Of a DNA stretch of 64,000 nucleotides, positions 29,708-39,328 are shown in pieces. Origin of the DNA: an uncultured delta proteobacterium. GTDB taxonomy: Bacteria; Desulfobacterota; Binatia; UBA9968. The stretch is taken from NCBI GenBank assembly GCA_963816145.1, contig CAWFJP010000002.1, forward strand, positions 96,001 to 160,000, given 5' to 3'. A program made the translations under genes and the position numbers. A model generated the notes under the pieces. The model did no database searches and had not been told where the DNA came from. It was given only the letters and a program-made list of their open reading frames with translations. Positions within the stretch are counted from its first letter, which is position 1. Each line of letters starts with the position of its first letter.

Positions 29708-30799
29708 ATGTCGAAACCAGCAGAACAGACCGATAACGTGATGGATAACATCCCCTTTTACGATAAATGGCAGTTGGATGAGGGGATTCCGATCATCAAG
29801 ACGTTTTTCGTTCAGGATCTAAAGAAAGTCGACCTCAAACCCTGGGCGCGCACGGGCGGCAGCGGCGCGTTCATTAATATGGAGGGTGCCGAAGGGGCAA
29901 CCGGCGCCTATGTCAGCGAGATTCCCGCCGGCAAAAAATTAAATCCCATGAGGCATCTCTATGAGGACTTGCACTTCGTCCTCAAGGGGCGCGGCGCGAC
30001 GACGATCTGCAACGACAAGGGCGCCAAGCAGACTTTCGAGTGGCATGACGGCAGCTTGTTCGCGTTGCCGCTCAATTGCACCTATCAGCACTTCAACGGT
30101 TCCGGCGATGAGCCGGCGCGATTTTTTTCGGTCAATAGCGCGCCGATCGTCTTCAACCTCTTTCATCATGAGGACTTCGTCTTCAACACACCGCGCGATT
30201 TTTCCGACCGCTTCGACGGCGATCCGGAATATTTTAGCGGCAAAGGTAAAGCGTATCCGGGCCGTGTCTGGGATACCAACTTCATCGCCGACGCGCGTAG
30301 CTTTGCGTTGGAAGATTGGATCGAGCGCGGCGGCGGCGGCAAGAACGTCATGTTGGAAATGGCCAATGGCTCGATGGCCGCGCATATCTCAGAATTCCCC
30401 GTCGGCACCTACAAAAAAGCCCATCGCCACGGCCCGGGGTTTAACGTCATCATTATCAAGGGCAAAGGCTTCTCGATGTTCTGGCGTCAGGGCGAGGAAC
30501 CCAAGCGTTACGACTGGCAGGATGGCAGCGTATTCACGCCGCCGGCGATGATGTGGCACCAGCACTTCAACACCGGCGCCACCGGCGCGCGCTACTTGCC
30601 GCCGCGTTTGGGTGGAATCAAATACAGTCTCGGTGAAGGCTTCGGTGATATCACCAAAGTCGACAAGGACGTAAAAGCGGGCGGTAACCAGATCGAGTAT
30701 TACGATGAAGATCCGAATATCCGCAAGATGTTCGAAGAAGAGCTCGCCAAGTCCGGTACGACGACTAAGATGGATCCGAATTTTTACAAACGATCGTAA
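29708..30799 (+). CDS. Bicupin protein (gentisate dioxygenase-like fold)
   Basis: Two cupin motif sets: RHLYED...YQHFN and KAHRH...WHQHFN. Confidence 0.75.
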   Translation: MSKPAEQTDNVMDNIPFYDKWQLDEGIPIIKTFFVQDLKKVDLKPWARTGGSGAFINMEGAEGATGAYVSEIPAGKKLNPMRHLYEDLHFVLKGRGATTICNDKGAKQTFEWHDGSLFALPLNCTYQHFNGSGDEPARFFSVNSAPIVFNLFHHEDFVFNTPRDFSDRFDGDPEYFSGKGKAYPGRVWDTNFIADARSFALEDWIERGGGGKNVMLEMANGSMAAHISEFPVGTYKKAHRHGPGFNVIIIKGKGFSMFWRQGEEPKRYDWQDGSVFTPPAMMWHQHFNTGATGARYLPPRLGGIKYSLGEGFGDITKVDKDVKAGGNQIEYYDEDPNIRKMFEEELAKSGTTTKMDPNFYKRS

Positions 30800-30821
30800 C
30801 GATTCGGCGCCGTTTTGTTTC

Positions 30822-30858
30822 AAAAAGCCCTGCAGGGATTCACCCCGCGGGGCTTTTT
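30822..30858 (+). terminator. Rho-independent terminator
   Basis: AAAAGCCCTGCAGGG-ATTCA-CCCCGCGGGGCTTTTT. Confidence 0.7.
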
Positions 30859-30924
30859 GCGTTTGCTGATGCATTTGCAGAAATTCCGTTGAGCCGCAAT
30901 CCACGGTTGTGTTAGATTAAAAAC

Positions 30925-31548
30925 ATGTTGGCTGGCCGTCGGCACTTTTGCCGCTGCATTGTCGCGCTGGTGTTATTGGTGAGTTCAGAGAACGCGTCGG
31001 CCGCTGAAGCGGTTGCGCAGAAGGCTACCGTGTTCGGCACTCCAACGGCGAACTTGCGCGCCGGGCCGGGAGTGGAGCAGGCGCTCAAACGGACCCTCAA
31101 AGAGGGAGATCCGGTTACGATTGAACAGTTGGAAGGTGAGTGGTTCTTAGTCACTGCCGCCGATGGCCAAAAGGGATACATTCACAAGAATTTATTGAAA
31201 CCGGTGGACAATGCCCCCGCGCCGCCGCAAGTTGCACCGCCGCAAAAGAGCGGCAAGGCCAATGTGCCGGCGGCAGCGCCGGTCGCTGGTAAAGCCCAAT
31301 CCATTTCTACGCCCGCGGCGAGCGCCACCAAGCCGCCGCCCCCTTCCGTATCCCCGTCCGCTGAGTTAGCCAAAGCCAAGACAACCGATGGCAGAGCGCC
31401 ATCCTTACTGCAAATGCTCGACGCCCATGCATCGGAAGTAAAGCTTGGTTTACTCGTCGCTGGTATCGCTTTCGTGATCGGCTGGTTTTGCGGCGGTCAT
31501 TACTACATCCGGCGCGAGCATAAATACCGCCGGCGGCTTCGTCTGTAA
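30925..31548 (+). CDS. SH3-domain protein with Pro/Ala linker and C-terminal TM helix
   Basis: ANLRAGPG, GEW, GYI; C-terminal TM followed by basic tail. Confidence 0.75.
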   Translation: MLAGRRHFCRCIVALVLLVSSENASAAEAVAQKATVFGTPTANLRAGPGVEQALKRTLKEGDPVTIEQLEGEWFLVTAADGQKGYIHKNLLKPVDNAPAPPQVAPPQKSGKANVPAAAPVAGKAQSISTPAASATKPPPPSVSPSAELAKAKTTDGRAPSLLQMLDAHASEVKLGLLVAGIAFVIGWFCGGHYYIRREHKYRRRLRL

Positions 31549-31576
31549 TCTCGCGTATGATTGCCTCGGCGTTGAC

Positions 31577-32161
31577 ATGCAGATCCTCGCTCTAATCGGT
31601 TTCGCCTACCTGCTCGGTTCTATTCCTACCGGCTATGTTTTGGGGAAATTATCTGGTGTCGATGTGCGACAAATAGGCAGCGGTAACGTCGGCGCGACCA
31701 ATGTCGCGCGGGCGGTCGGCAAGTGGCAGGGTGTCGCGACGCTGCTGGCCGACGCTGCTAAGGGAATGGTGTCGGTGGCCATCGGTCTTTGGATCAATCT
31801 GCAGCCGGAGGCGATCGCAGCGATCGCCAGCGCGGCATTCCTCGGACATCTCTATCCGGTTTTCTTGAAATTTCACGGCGGTAAGGGAGTCGCCACAGGG
31901 TTCGGCGCGCTTTTAATTATTTCGCCGTTGGCAACATTGATACTGGTGGGGGTTTTCGTTGCGGTGGCTTTTCCCACCCGATTAGTTTCGTTGAGCTCGA
32001 TAATCGCCGCCGCCATGGCGCCGCTCGCGCTTTGGATCTTCTTTCAGCCCCCTGCGATCGTTTCGATGGGCGCCTTTCTCGCCGCGATGATCGTCTGGCG
32101 TCATCGCGGCAATATTCAGCGGTTGTTGGCCGGCACTGAGCCGCGTTTCGGCGCGCGCTAG
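31577..32161 (+). CDS. plsY: Glycerol-3-phosphate acyltransferase
   Basis: YLLGSIP, GSGNVGATN, GHLYP, GGKGVAT, RHRGNIQRL. Confidence 0.95.
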   Translation: MQILALIGFAYLLGSIPTGYVLGKLSGVDVRQIGSGNVGATNVARAVGKWQGVATLLADAAKGMVSVAIGLWINLQPEAIAAIASAAFLGHLYPVFLKFHGGKGVATGFGALLIISPLATLILVGVFVAVAFPTRLVSLSSIIAAAMAPLALWIFFQPPAIVSMGAFLAAMIVWRHRGNIQRLLAGTEPRFGAR

Positions 32162-32865
32162 TTCTCGATAATCACTTCGACCCGGCGATTCTGTTGGCGC
32201 CCGCTCTCGGTGTCGTTGCTCGCTACCGGGGCGCGGGTGCCGAGTCCCTGAGATGAGATGTTTTTGCCATTGACGCCGTTTCTTTCCAAGGCGTCAGCGA
32301 CAGTGTTGGCGCGCCGTTCGGATAAGCGCTGGTTATAAGCTTCCGCGGCAGCGCTCTCCCGGCTGGCATGGCCTTCGACGGTAATCCGGCGGTTGGGTGC
32401 ATCGCGTTTTATGATACTGGAGATCTGATTGACCCGGTCTCGGCCGTCGCGTGAGAGATCGGCGCTGTCAAATTCGAAGTTGACACTAGGCAAGTTGACC
32501 ATGACGCCGCGGCTGGTTTCTTTCGCCTCGATATTTTGCTTGCGCAATTCTTCGATGAGAGCGCGGTTTTTCTCAAGCTCGGCGCGCTGTTGGTCGATGG
32601 CTTTCTGCTGTTCTTTCTGGCGATTTTCCTGGCCCTGGAGTTGATCCCCGATTAGGGCGCCGGCGCCTAAGCCCAAAGCACCGCCGACAGCCGCGCCGAT
32701 TCCTGGATGGCCGGTTGCAGCGCCAATCAAGCCGCCTGCGGCGGCGCCGCCCAATGCGCCGATGCCGGCGCCTTTTTCACGCGTGGTGATTTCGCCGCCG
32801 GCGCAGCCTGATAAGACTGCGGCGATCAATAGTGTACTGACGGATAGTCGATTGGTGTTTCTCAT
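32158..32865 (-). CDS. OmpA-family lipoprotein with glycine zipper
   Basis: Lipobox LSGC, Gly zipper, FEFDSADL, NQRLSERRA, NRRVEV. Confidence 0.9.
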   Translation of the reverse strand: MRNTNRLSVSTLLIAAVLSGCAGGEITTREKGAGIGALGGAAAGGLIGAATGHPGIGAAVGGALGLGAGALIGDQLQGQENRQKEQQKAIDQQRAELEKNRALIEELRKQNIEAKETSRGVMVNLPSVNFEFDSADLSRDGRDRVNQISSIIKRDAPNRRITVEGHASRESAAAEAYNQRLSERRANTVADALERNGVNGKNISSQGLGTRAPVASNDTESGRQQNRRVEVIIEN

Positions 32866-32989
32866 AATTCCTCCTCGGCCTTCGCTCCCAGGACCTTAGC
32901 CGTCTATGGTTAGACGTACATTAACGATAAATGGAACATCCGCAATTGGTTAATTCCCGGATTGTCCTCGATAGACGCTTTGGCGCTAA

Positions 32990-33327
32990 TCAGTATTCGC
33001 CCTGACGGCGGCACTTTTCGATTTCTCGCCTTTGCCGTTCGATTTCGGCTTGGTTGCTATCGATCTGGCGCTGCTGATCGGATTGCCTAATCTCCTCGCC
33101 TTGGAGTTGATCGCCGACCAGGACGCCAGCGCCTAAGCCCAAAGCGCCGCCGACAGCCTCGCCCACTCCAGGATGGCCGACAGCCGCGCCAATCAAGCCG
33201 CCTGATGGGCGCCGCCCAATGCGCCGATACCGGCGCCTTTTTCGCGCGTCGTGAGGTTGCCGCCGGCGCGGCCGGAGACTGAACTCAGCGCCAGGACGGC
33301 GACCAACGATGTGCGAGCTAGTTTCAT
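32990..33327 (-). pseudogene. Glycine-zipper protein paralogous to the OmpA N-terminus, frameshifted
   Basis: TTREKGAGIGALGG then a 1-nt shift into IGAAVGHPGVG; lipobox Cys reads Arg (VSGR). Confidence 0.65.
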
Positions 33328-33483
33328 TGAGACTCCTGGAGAGATAACATTACGAGGCAGCAAGTGCTTGTAAATATTATCAAACACGTGCGAATGCAGC
33401 AAGGAACAAGTATTGATTTGTTGTGATCTTGGTTTAATCGACGGAAGTTGACAGCGAGTTTCACGGCACGAGAGATGATATTA

Positions 33484-33513
33484 TTGACATCGTGGACCTT
33501 ATAAGTCTATAGT
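33484..33513 (+). promoter_or_regulatory. Putative sigma-70 promoter of the mrp operon
   Basis: TTGACA-18 nt-TATAGT. Confidence 0.5.
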
Positions 33514-33536
33514 TCATTCGCATCGAGAGGAACCGC

Positions 33537-34640
33537 GTGGAAAATATTTCTCATGAAACAATTATCGAGGCGCTGCACAAGGTCCAAGACCCGGAACTGC
33601 ACCGTGACATCGTCAGTCTCGGAATGGTCAAGGATCTGGGCATCGACAACGGCCGGGTACGCTTTACCGTAGAACTCACTACCCCGGCCTGTCCGTTGCG
33701 CGAAACCATTGAGACCGACTGCAGGAAGGCATTGAGCACGATCCCCGGCATCACGGGCCTGGAGATCAACTTCGGGGCACAGGTGCGCGGCAGTAAGGCC
33801 GGCGCGGGGCAAACCGACCTTCTGCCGACGGTCAAAAATGTCGTGCTGGTTGCGGCGGGAAAAGGCGGCGTCGGCAAATCGACGGTGGCGGCGAACCTGG
33901 CGGTGGCTCTCAAAATGCTCGGTGCCAAGGCTGGCTTGCTCGACGCCGATATTTACGGGCCATCGGTGCCGATCATTATGGGCGTTAAGGGCGAGCCGAA
34001 AAAAATCGAAGTCGGAGGTGTGCAAAAGATCGAACCGACCATGGCCCACGGCGTGCCGGTAATGTCCATCGGCTTTTTCCTCGACGCCGATCAGGCGGTG
34101 ATCTGGCGCGGACCGATGCTCGGTAAAGCGCTGCACCAACTAATGGGCGATGTGCACTGGGGCGAGTTGGACTATCTCATCGTCGATATGCCGCCGGGCA
34201 CCGGTGATGTGCAAATTACTTTTTCGCAACAGTTAAAGGTGAGTGGGGCGGTGTTGGTCGCGACGCCACAGTATGTCGCTTTAGCCGACGTGGTGCGGGC
34301 CAAATCGATGTTCGACAAGGTGATGATCCCGATTGTTGGCTTGATCGAAAACATGAGCTACTTTATCTGCGACGGTTGTAACAAAGAGCATGATATTTTT
34401 TCCCGCGGCGGCGCCAAGCAAGCGGCCGAGCGGTTTAAGATTCCCTTCCTCGGTGAAATTCCGATCACGCCGGCACTGCGCCAAGGCGGCGACGAAGGCG
34501 TGCCGATCTTGATTCAGGATGCCAATTCGCCGGTGAGCAAGAGTTTCTTGGATATCGCCCGCAAGCTGGCCGGACAATTGTCGATCGCCGCCGAACGGGG
34601 CAGCAAGGGCCAAGGGCCAACGATCATTACCACGCATTGA
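33537..34640 (+). CDS. apbC: Mrp/NBP35 Fe-S carrier ATPase with N-terminal DUF59
   Basis: DPEL, TTPACP, GKGGVGKST, DADIYGPS, WRGPM, DMPPGTGD, ENMS, CDGC. Confidence 0.92.
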   Translation: MENISHETIIEALHKVQDPELHRDIVSLGMVKDLGIDNGRVRFTVELTTPACPLRETIETDCRKALSTIPGITGLEINFGAQVRGSKAGAGQTDLLPTVKNVVLVAAGKGGVGKSTVAANLAVALKMLGAKAGLLDADIYGPSVPIIMGVKGEPKKIEVGGVQKIEPTMAHGVPVMSIGFFLDADQAVIWRGPMLGKALHQLMGDVHWGELDYLIVDMPPGTGDVQITFSQQLKVSGAVLVATPQYVALADVVRAKSMFDKVMIPIVGLIENMSYFICDGCNKEHDIFSRGGAKQAAERFKIPFLGEIPITPALRQGGDEGVPILIQDANSPVSKSFLDIARKLAGQLSIAAERGSKGQGPTIITTH

Positions 34641-34679
34641 AACGGATAACTGACGGCATTCGCCGCGAGGAGACCGAAC

Positions 34680-34979
34680 ATGATCACCAAAGAACAAGTT
34701 TACGAAGCCTTACAGGAATGTTACGACCCGGAGATTCCCGTCAATATCGTCGACCTTGGGTTGGTTTATGACGTCGTAGTGATCGACGACAAGGTCGCGG
34801 TCAAGATGACGTTAACCGCGCCCGGCTGCGGCATGGGGGGCATGATCGCTGCCGACGCAAAACAGAAAATCATGGCCCTCGACGGCGTTAGCGATGCCAC
34901 CGTGGACTTGGTCTGGGAGCCGGCGTGGAATCCGAGCATGATCGCTGAAGAAGCCAAGCAGCGGCTCGGTATCGTCTAA
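34680..34979 (+). CDS. sufT: DUF59 / SufT-like Fe-S assembly protein
   Basis: YDPEIPVNIVDLGLVY, MTLTAPGCGMG, VWEPAW. Confidence 0.85.
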   Translation: MITKEQVYEALQECYDPEIPVNIVDLGLVYDVVVIDDKVAVKMTLTAPGCGMGGMIAADAKQKIMALDGVSDATVDLVWEPAWNPSMIAEEAKQRLGIV

Positions 34980-35018
34980 TTTATCAGGCAAGACTCGAGT
35001 TTTCCGCTGACTTTGTTC

Positions 35019-36269
35019 ATGGACGACAAACCGAGAGTTCGCGCCATCGAAGCTTTTCCCGTCCAACAAGATGGGAAAAGCCTCATCTATCTTAAAGATC
35101 CGCTCAACTTCGCCACACCGCTCGGTATTTCACCGGTTGGTTATTTTCTTCTGGCCCATTTCGACGGCCGCCATGATTACGGCGATCTTAGAGAAATTTT
35201 CGCGCAACGGTTTCGCGCGCCGTTGGCGCGGGGCGAGTTCGATCAATTCGTCGAGATGCTCGATCAACACTATTATTTGAAAAGCGAGCGGTTTGAGAAA
35301 TACCAGCAAGCCGTGATCGCTGAGTTTCGCAGCCGGCCTAGCCGCGCGCCGGCCCATGTCGGCGGCGGTTACAAGAACGATCCGGCCGACTTGACGGCAC
35401 AGCTCGATAGCTATTTTAGCACGGACAAAGGTCCTGGGTTGCCGTCGACTGCGAATACTGCCGCGACGCCGAAAGCGATCGTCGCACCGCACATTGATTT
35501 TCACCGCGGCGGCCCGGCTTACGCGTGGGCGTATAAACCGCTGGCGGAAAGCGCCGGCGCCGATCTCTACGTTATCCTTGGCACGTCGCACTGCGGCGGA
35601 CAGACGCCGTACATTCTCACCCGTAAAAGTTTTGAAACCCCTCTGGGTTTGGTCGAAACCGATGGTGAATTCGTCGAGAAATTGCAATCACATTGCGCCG
35701 AGGACTGTTTCGCCGACGAGTATCTCCATCGCGGCGAGCATTCCATCGAGTTTCAGGTGTTGTTTCTAAAATACATCGCGCAAAAACGCGCGGCGCTCAC
35801 CGGCGGACCGGAGAAGCCGTTTAAGATCGTGCCGATCTTGGTTTCGTCATTCCATGCGATGATGGTAAGTCAGACACTGCCGGAGCAAACCGCCGCGGTG
35901 GGTAATTTCTTGAGAACGCTGCGTCAGTTGGCGCAACAAGATGCGCGGCAAATCTGCTTCGTCGCCGGGGTCGATCTTGCCCATGTCGGCAAACAGTTCG
36001 GCGACGAAGAGCCGGTCAATGACGATTTTCTGAAATGGGTCGAAGCGGAAGATCGCCAACTGGTCGAACGCTTGGCGCGGCTCGATGCGCCGGGATTTTT
36101 CAATGAGATCGCCAAAGACGAGGACAAGCGCAAGATCTGCGGCTTCTCGCCGCTCTATTCACTGATTCATTTGCTCGACGGCGCGCGCGGCAATCATCTC
36201 CACTACGGTCAAGCATTCACGCCGGAGACCGGTTCGGCGGTGACGTTTACGAGTTTGATCTTCGAGTGA
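35019..36269 (+). CDS. amrB: AmmeMemoRadiSam system protein B (MEMO1 family) with N-terminal extension
   Basis: APHID, GTSH, ETPLG, EHSIEFQ, DLAHVG, ICG. Confidence 0.85.
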   Translation: MDDKPRVRAIEAFPVQQDGKSLIYLKDPLNFATPLGISPVGYFLLAHFDGRHDYGDLREIFAQRFRAPLARGEFDQFVEMLDQHYYLKSERFEKYQQAVIAEFRSRPSRAPAHVGGGYKNDPADLTAQLDSYFSTDKGPGLPSTANTAATPKAIVAPHIDFHRGGPAYAWAYKPLAESAGADLYVILGTSHCGGQTPYILTRKSFETPLGLVETDGEFVEKLQSHCAEDCFADEYLHRGEHSIEFQVLFLKYIAQKRAALTGGPEKPFKIVPILVSSFHAMMVSQTLPEQTAAVGNFLRTLRQLAQQDARQICFVAGVDLAHVGKQFGDEEPVNDDFLKWVEAEDRQLVERLARLDAPGFFNEIAKDEDKRKICGFSPLYSLIHLLDGARGNHLHYGQAFTPETGSAVTFTSLIFE

Positions 36270-36510
36270 GATAACGAGATAGAGTCTTGAGATAGAGACA
36301 GAGATTTCCGATCACTGGCTTTTGTCTATCGCGAGTTTCTATGAGTCTTTTTTTTGCAGCCGCGCAAATGAAAGAGCGAGGTGTCGAGGCCTCTCAGGAA
36401 TTGCCCTTACGGCTGATTCGACACGGATCTGCAAACCGATGGGCATTGCGGAGATGTACCGATTTGACTGAGTTTCGGAATCTCAAATCTCTGTCTCTCG
36501 TCTCTATCTC
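36268..36510. repeat. Palindromic element with GAGAYA units and an approximately 160-nt loop
   Basis: GAGATAGAGACAGAGATTTCCGA ... TCGGAATCTCAAATCTCTGTCTCTCGTCTCTATCTC. Confidence 0.7.
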
Positions 36511-36511
36511 C

Positions 36512-37270
36512 TCAATGCATATTCATGCCGCCGTCAACGACGATGGACTGGCCGGTCATGAAGTCGCTGTCGTCGGAGGCGAGGAAGATCACCGTGCCGA
36601 CCAGATCCTGCGGGTATTGATCCCGTTGAAGGGCGCGGCGTTTCCTGCGGTCGGCGAGTTGTTCTGGACTCGTCACGCCTTCTTGGTTTGGGCTTGAGAT
36701 CGTCAGGCCGGGCATAATGGAGTTGACGCAGATATTGTCGCCGCCGACTTCGCGCGCGAGGGCGCGAGTGAAGCTCAAGACGCCGCCTTTGGAAGATACA
36801 TAATGCAGGAAAAACGGCGTGCCGGTCTGGGTCGTGCCCGACGAGATGTTGATAATCTTGCCTTTTTGCTGCTGCTTCATCGCCGGGTACACCGCTTTGA
36901 CGCAGAGAAACAGTCCTTTGACATTGACCGCCATGACGCGGTCCCATTCGTCGGTGTCGATTTCCATAAAGGCTTTTTTCTTGAGTGCAGAGTATAGACC
37001 GGCGTTGTTCACTAGGATGTCGATGCGGCCATAAGCTTTAAGCGCTGCCGCTGCCATCGCTTGGGTTTTCTCCGCCGAGGTCACGTCGACCGCCACAGCG
37101 ATCGCTTCGCCGCCGGCCGCTTTGATATCAGCAGCCACTTTTTGCGCTTCGGCCTCTTGAATATCGGCGACCACGACCTTCGCACCTTCTTTAGCGAGGC
37201 CGTGGGCGTAAGCTTTGCCGATACCGACCCCGCCGCCGGTGACGATGGCTACCTTATTTTGTAATCGCAT
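36512..37270 (-). CDS. Short-chain dehydrogenase/reductase (FabG-like)
   Basis: TGGGVGIG, NNAG, YVSSK, DGG. Confidence 0.92.
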   Translation of the reverse strand: MRLQNKVAIVTGGGVGIGKAYAHGLAKEGAKVVVADIQEAEAQKVAADIKAAGGEAIAVAVDVTSAEKTQAMAAAALKAYGRIDILVNNAGLYSALKKKAFMEIDTDEWDRVMAVNVKGLFLCVKAVYPAMKQQQKGKIINISSGTTQTGTPFFLHYVSSKGGVLSFTRALAREVGGDNICVNSIMPGLTISSPNQEGVTSPEQLADRRKRRALQRDQYPQDLVGTVIFLASDDSDFMTGQSIVVDGGMNMH

Positions 37271-37300
37271 GGTGGCCTCCTTAAAATTCATTAAGAAATG

Positions 37301-37369
37301 TTTCACGCAAAGGCGCAAAGTTCGGAATCTAATCTTCTAACCTTAGCGTCTTCGCGCCTTTGCGAGAGA
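37301..37369. repeat. Palindromic element (CGCAAAG family)
   Basis: TTTCA CGCAAAGG CGCAAAG ... CTTAGCGT CTTCGCGC CTTTGCG AGAGA. Confidence 0.7.
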
Positions 37370-37383
37370 TACTCTTCTATTCT

Positions 37384-38424
37384 TCAAATCTTCAGCCGGT
37401 AAAAATCTACTGGATTGTCGTGCAATATCGCTTTTTTGTTTTCTTCGCTGATGTCGTCGCGTTCGAGAAATTCCGGGATATCGCGTTTGAACATGTCGGG
37501 CAGCCGCTCGTGCGGGTAGTCGGACGGCCACATGAGGCATTTTGGATTGAACTGCTGGATGACGAAAGGCAGGGCTTTTTCTTCGACTTCGCAGCTCGTC
37601 CAGATCTGGCCGTTGCGGATCAGCTCGCTCGGTTTTTGCTTCAACAGCGGCGCTTGGACGCGGTAGGGTTTTTCCATTTCCTCGTCCATGCGGTCCATCA
37701 TGTAGGGCAGCCAGCCGCAGCCGGCTTCGAGGAACGCTACACGCAATTTGGGAAAACGCACGAAGACGCCCTCGAAAACCATGTTGGTAAATTGGATCAG
37801 AATCGCAAACGGATGTTCGAGGGTATGCACTTGCAGAAACTTGTTAAAAAAATCGAAGCCCATGCCGCGGCTGGGCGCGCCGTGGATGGTCAGCGGCATA
37901 TCTAAGCGTTCCGCCGCTTCATAAATTGGATCGAAGTCGCTGTGGCCGTAGCCTTTATGCAGCGAGGTCACCGCCGGCAGTAAACCGGCGACATGGCCCA
38001 GTGATTTGGCGCGCTCCAGTTCCTTTGCTGCCTCGAGAGGTTCATGCACGGGTAGCAGCGCCACGCCTTTGAGACGGGGACTTACGTTGATGAAGCGATC
38101 GGCGAGCCAGGAGTTGTAGGCGCGCGCGAGCACACAGGACCACTCAGGGTTCTGCACCAAGCCCAAACCTAATCCGCCGGTCGGATAAAGCACGGTGGTG
38201 TGGACGCCCAACTCGTCGAGAAACTGCAACCAGCGCGTTGCCGGGGTTTCCGGATCTTTGCCGGGAACACCCGTACCGCGATTCCAGCCGTCTAGCGATG
38301 GAAAATAAGCGTAGGTTTCAAAGCGCGGCGCGCTGCTGTAGCGGCCGCCGAGATAGTCGTGCAGCTCTCGGTCTTTCTCCAAGACATGACCGTCAGCGTC
38401 GATGATCGGATAAGCGAGGTTCAT
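37384..38424 (-). CDS. Amidohydrolase_2 family protein
   Basis: IDADGH, AYNSW, IHG, FLEAGCGW, SDYPH. Confidence 0.9.
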   Translation of the reverse strand: MNLAYPIIDADGHVLEKDRELHDYLGGRYSSAPRFETYAYFPSLDGWNRGTGVPGKDPETPATRWLQFLDELGVHTTVLYPTGGLGLGLVQNPEWSCVLARAYNSWLADRFINVSPRLKGVALLPVHEPLEAAKELERAKSLGHVAGLLPAVTSLHKGYGHSDFDPIYEAAERLDMPLTIHGAPSRGMGFDFFNKFLQVHTLEHPFAILIQFTNMVFEGVFVRFPKLRVAFLEAGCGWLPYMMDRMDEEMEKPYRVQAPLLKQKPSELIRNGQIWTSCEVEEKALPFVIQQFNPKCLMWPSDYPHERLPDMFKRDIPEFLERDDISEENKKAILHDNPVDFYRLKI

Positions 38425-38442
38425 AAAATCTCCGTTGCAAAA

Positions 38443-38469
38443 GTTCCAGTCGTTCCAAAGGTTCCAATC
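38443..38469. repeat. Half element of the GTTCCARTC family
   Basis: GTTCCAGTC GTTCCAAAG GTTCCAATC. Confidence 0.65.
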
Positions 38470-38478
38470 GTAGCTGCA

Positions 38479-39237
38479 TTACAGAAAGGATATACCACCG
38501 TCGACGTTGACGGTTTGCCCAGTCATAAAATCGCTCAGCGGCGAGGCTAGGAACAGCATGGCTCCGACGACGTCTTGCGGGACTTGGACGCGCTTGAGCG
38601 CGCGCAGGCCGGCGGAAGATTCGCGCAGGCGAACGGTTTCTTGGCTAGGATTCTCTTCCGAGAGCGTATTGCCAGGGGCCAAGCAGTTGACGTTGATGTT
38701 ATCGCCGCCGACTTCGCGCGCCAAGGTGCGCGTGAAACCGATGGTGGCGGTTTTTGACGTGACATAATGAATACGCCCCGGACTGCCGGCAAACACCGTG
38801 CCCGAGGCGATATTGATGATCTTGCCGGAATGCTGCACGCGCATGGCCGGCAGCACGGCGCGGCAGCAGAAAAATAAGCCGCGCAGATTCACCGCCATGA
38901 GCTTATCCCATTCCGCCGGATCGATGGTTTCAATCCTGCCGCGGTTCATCGGCACGACGGAAAATACCGCAGCGTTGTTGATGAGAACATCGATGCGGCC
39001 GAAACGATCGAGAACCTGCGCGGCCATTTTCTTGGTCGCGTCTTCATTCGACACATCGACTTGGACGGGAAGCGCTTGGGCGCCGATTTCGTTGGCCGCC
39101 GCTTGGGCGCCTGAGTTGTCGATGTCGGCGATGACGACGCGCGCGCCGGCATCGCCGAAGCCTTTACAGTAGGCTTTGCCGATGCCATGGGCGCCGCCGG
39201 TGACGATAACGACTTTGTCTTTCAGTCCTGCGATCAT
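38479..39237 (-). CDS. Short-chain dehydrogenase/reductase
   Basis: TGGAHGIG, NNAA, YVTSK; paralog of 36512..37270. Confidence 0.92.
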   Translation of the reverse strand: MIAGLKDKVVIVTGGAHGIGKAYCKGFGDAGARVVIADIDNSGAQAAANEIGAQALPVQVDVSNEDATKKMAAQVLDRFGRIDVLINNAAVFSVVPMNRGRIETIDPAEWDKLMAVNLRGLFFCCRAVLPAMRVQHSGKIINIASGTVFAGSPGRIHYVTSKTATIGFTRTLAREVGGDNINVNCLAPGNTLSEENPSQETVRLRESSAGLRALKRVQVPQDVVGAMLFLASPLSDFMTGQTVNVDGGISFL

Positions 39238-39250
39238 GGAAACAAGTACA

Positions 39251-39322
39251 TGGAGTGTTGGAGTCATCGAGCGATGGGTCGGGAGGCCCAATACGTCAAC
39301 ACTCCGGTACTCCATCACTCCA
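39251..39322. repeat. Palindromic element of 8-mer units (TGGAGTGW family)
   Basis: TGGAGTGT TGGAGTCA TCGAGCGA TGGG ... CCCAATAC GTCAACAC TCCGGTAC TCCATCAC TCCA. Confidence 0.75.
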
Positions 39323-39328
39323 TGGATT

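Noticed and set aside
33193-33210. TGA as possible selenocysteine in the glycine-zipper gene
   Set aside because: Comparison with the paralog shows a 1-nt deletion; the TGA is an out-of-frame consequence.
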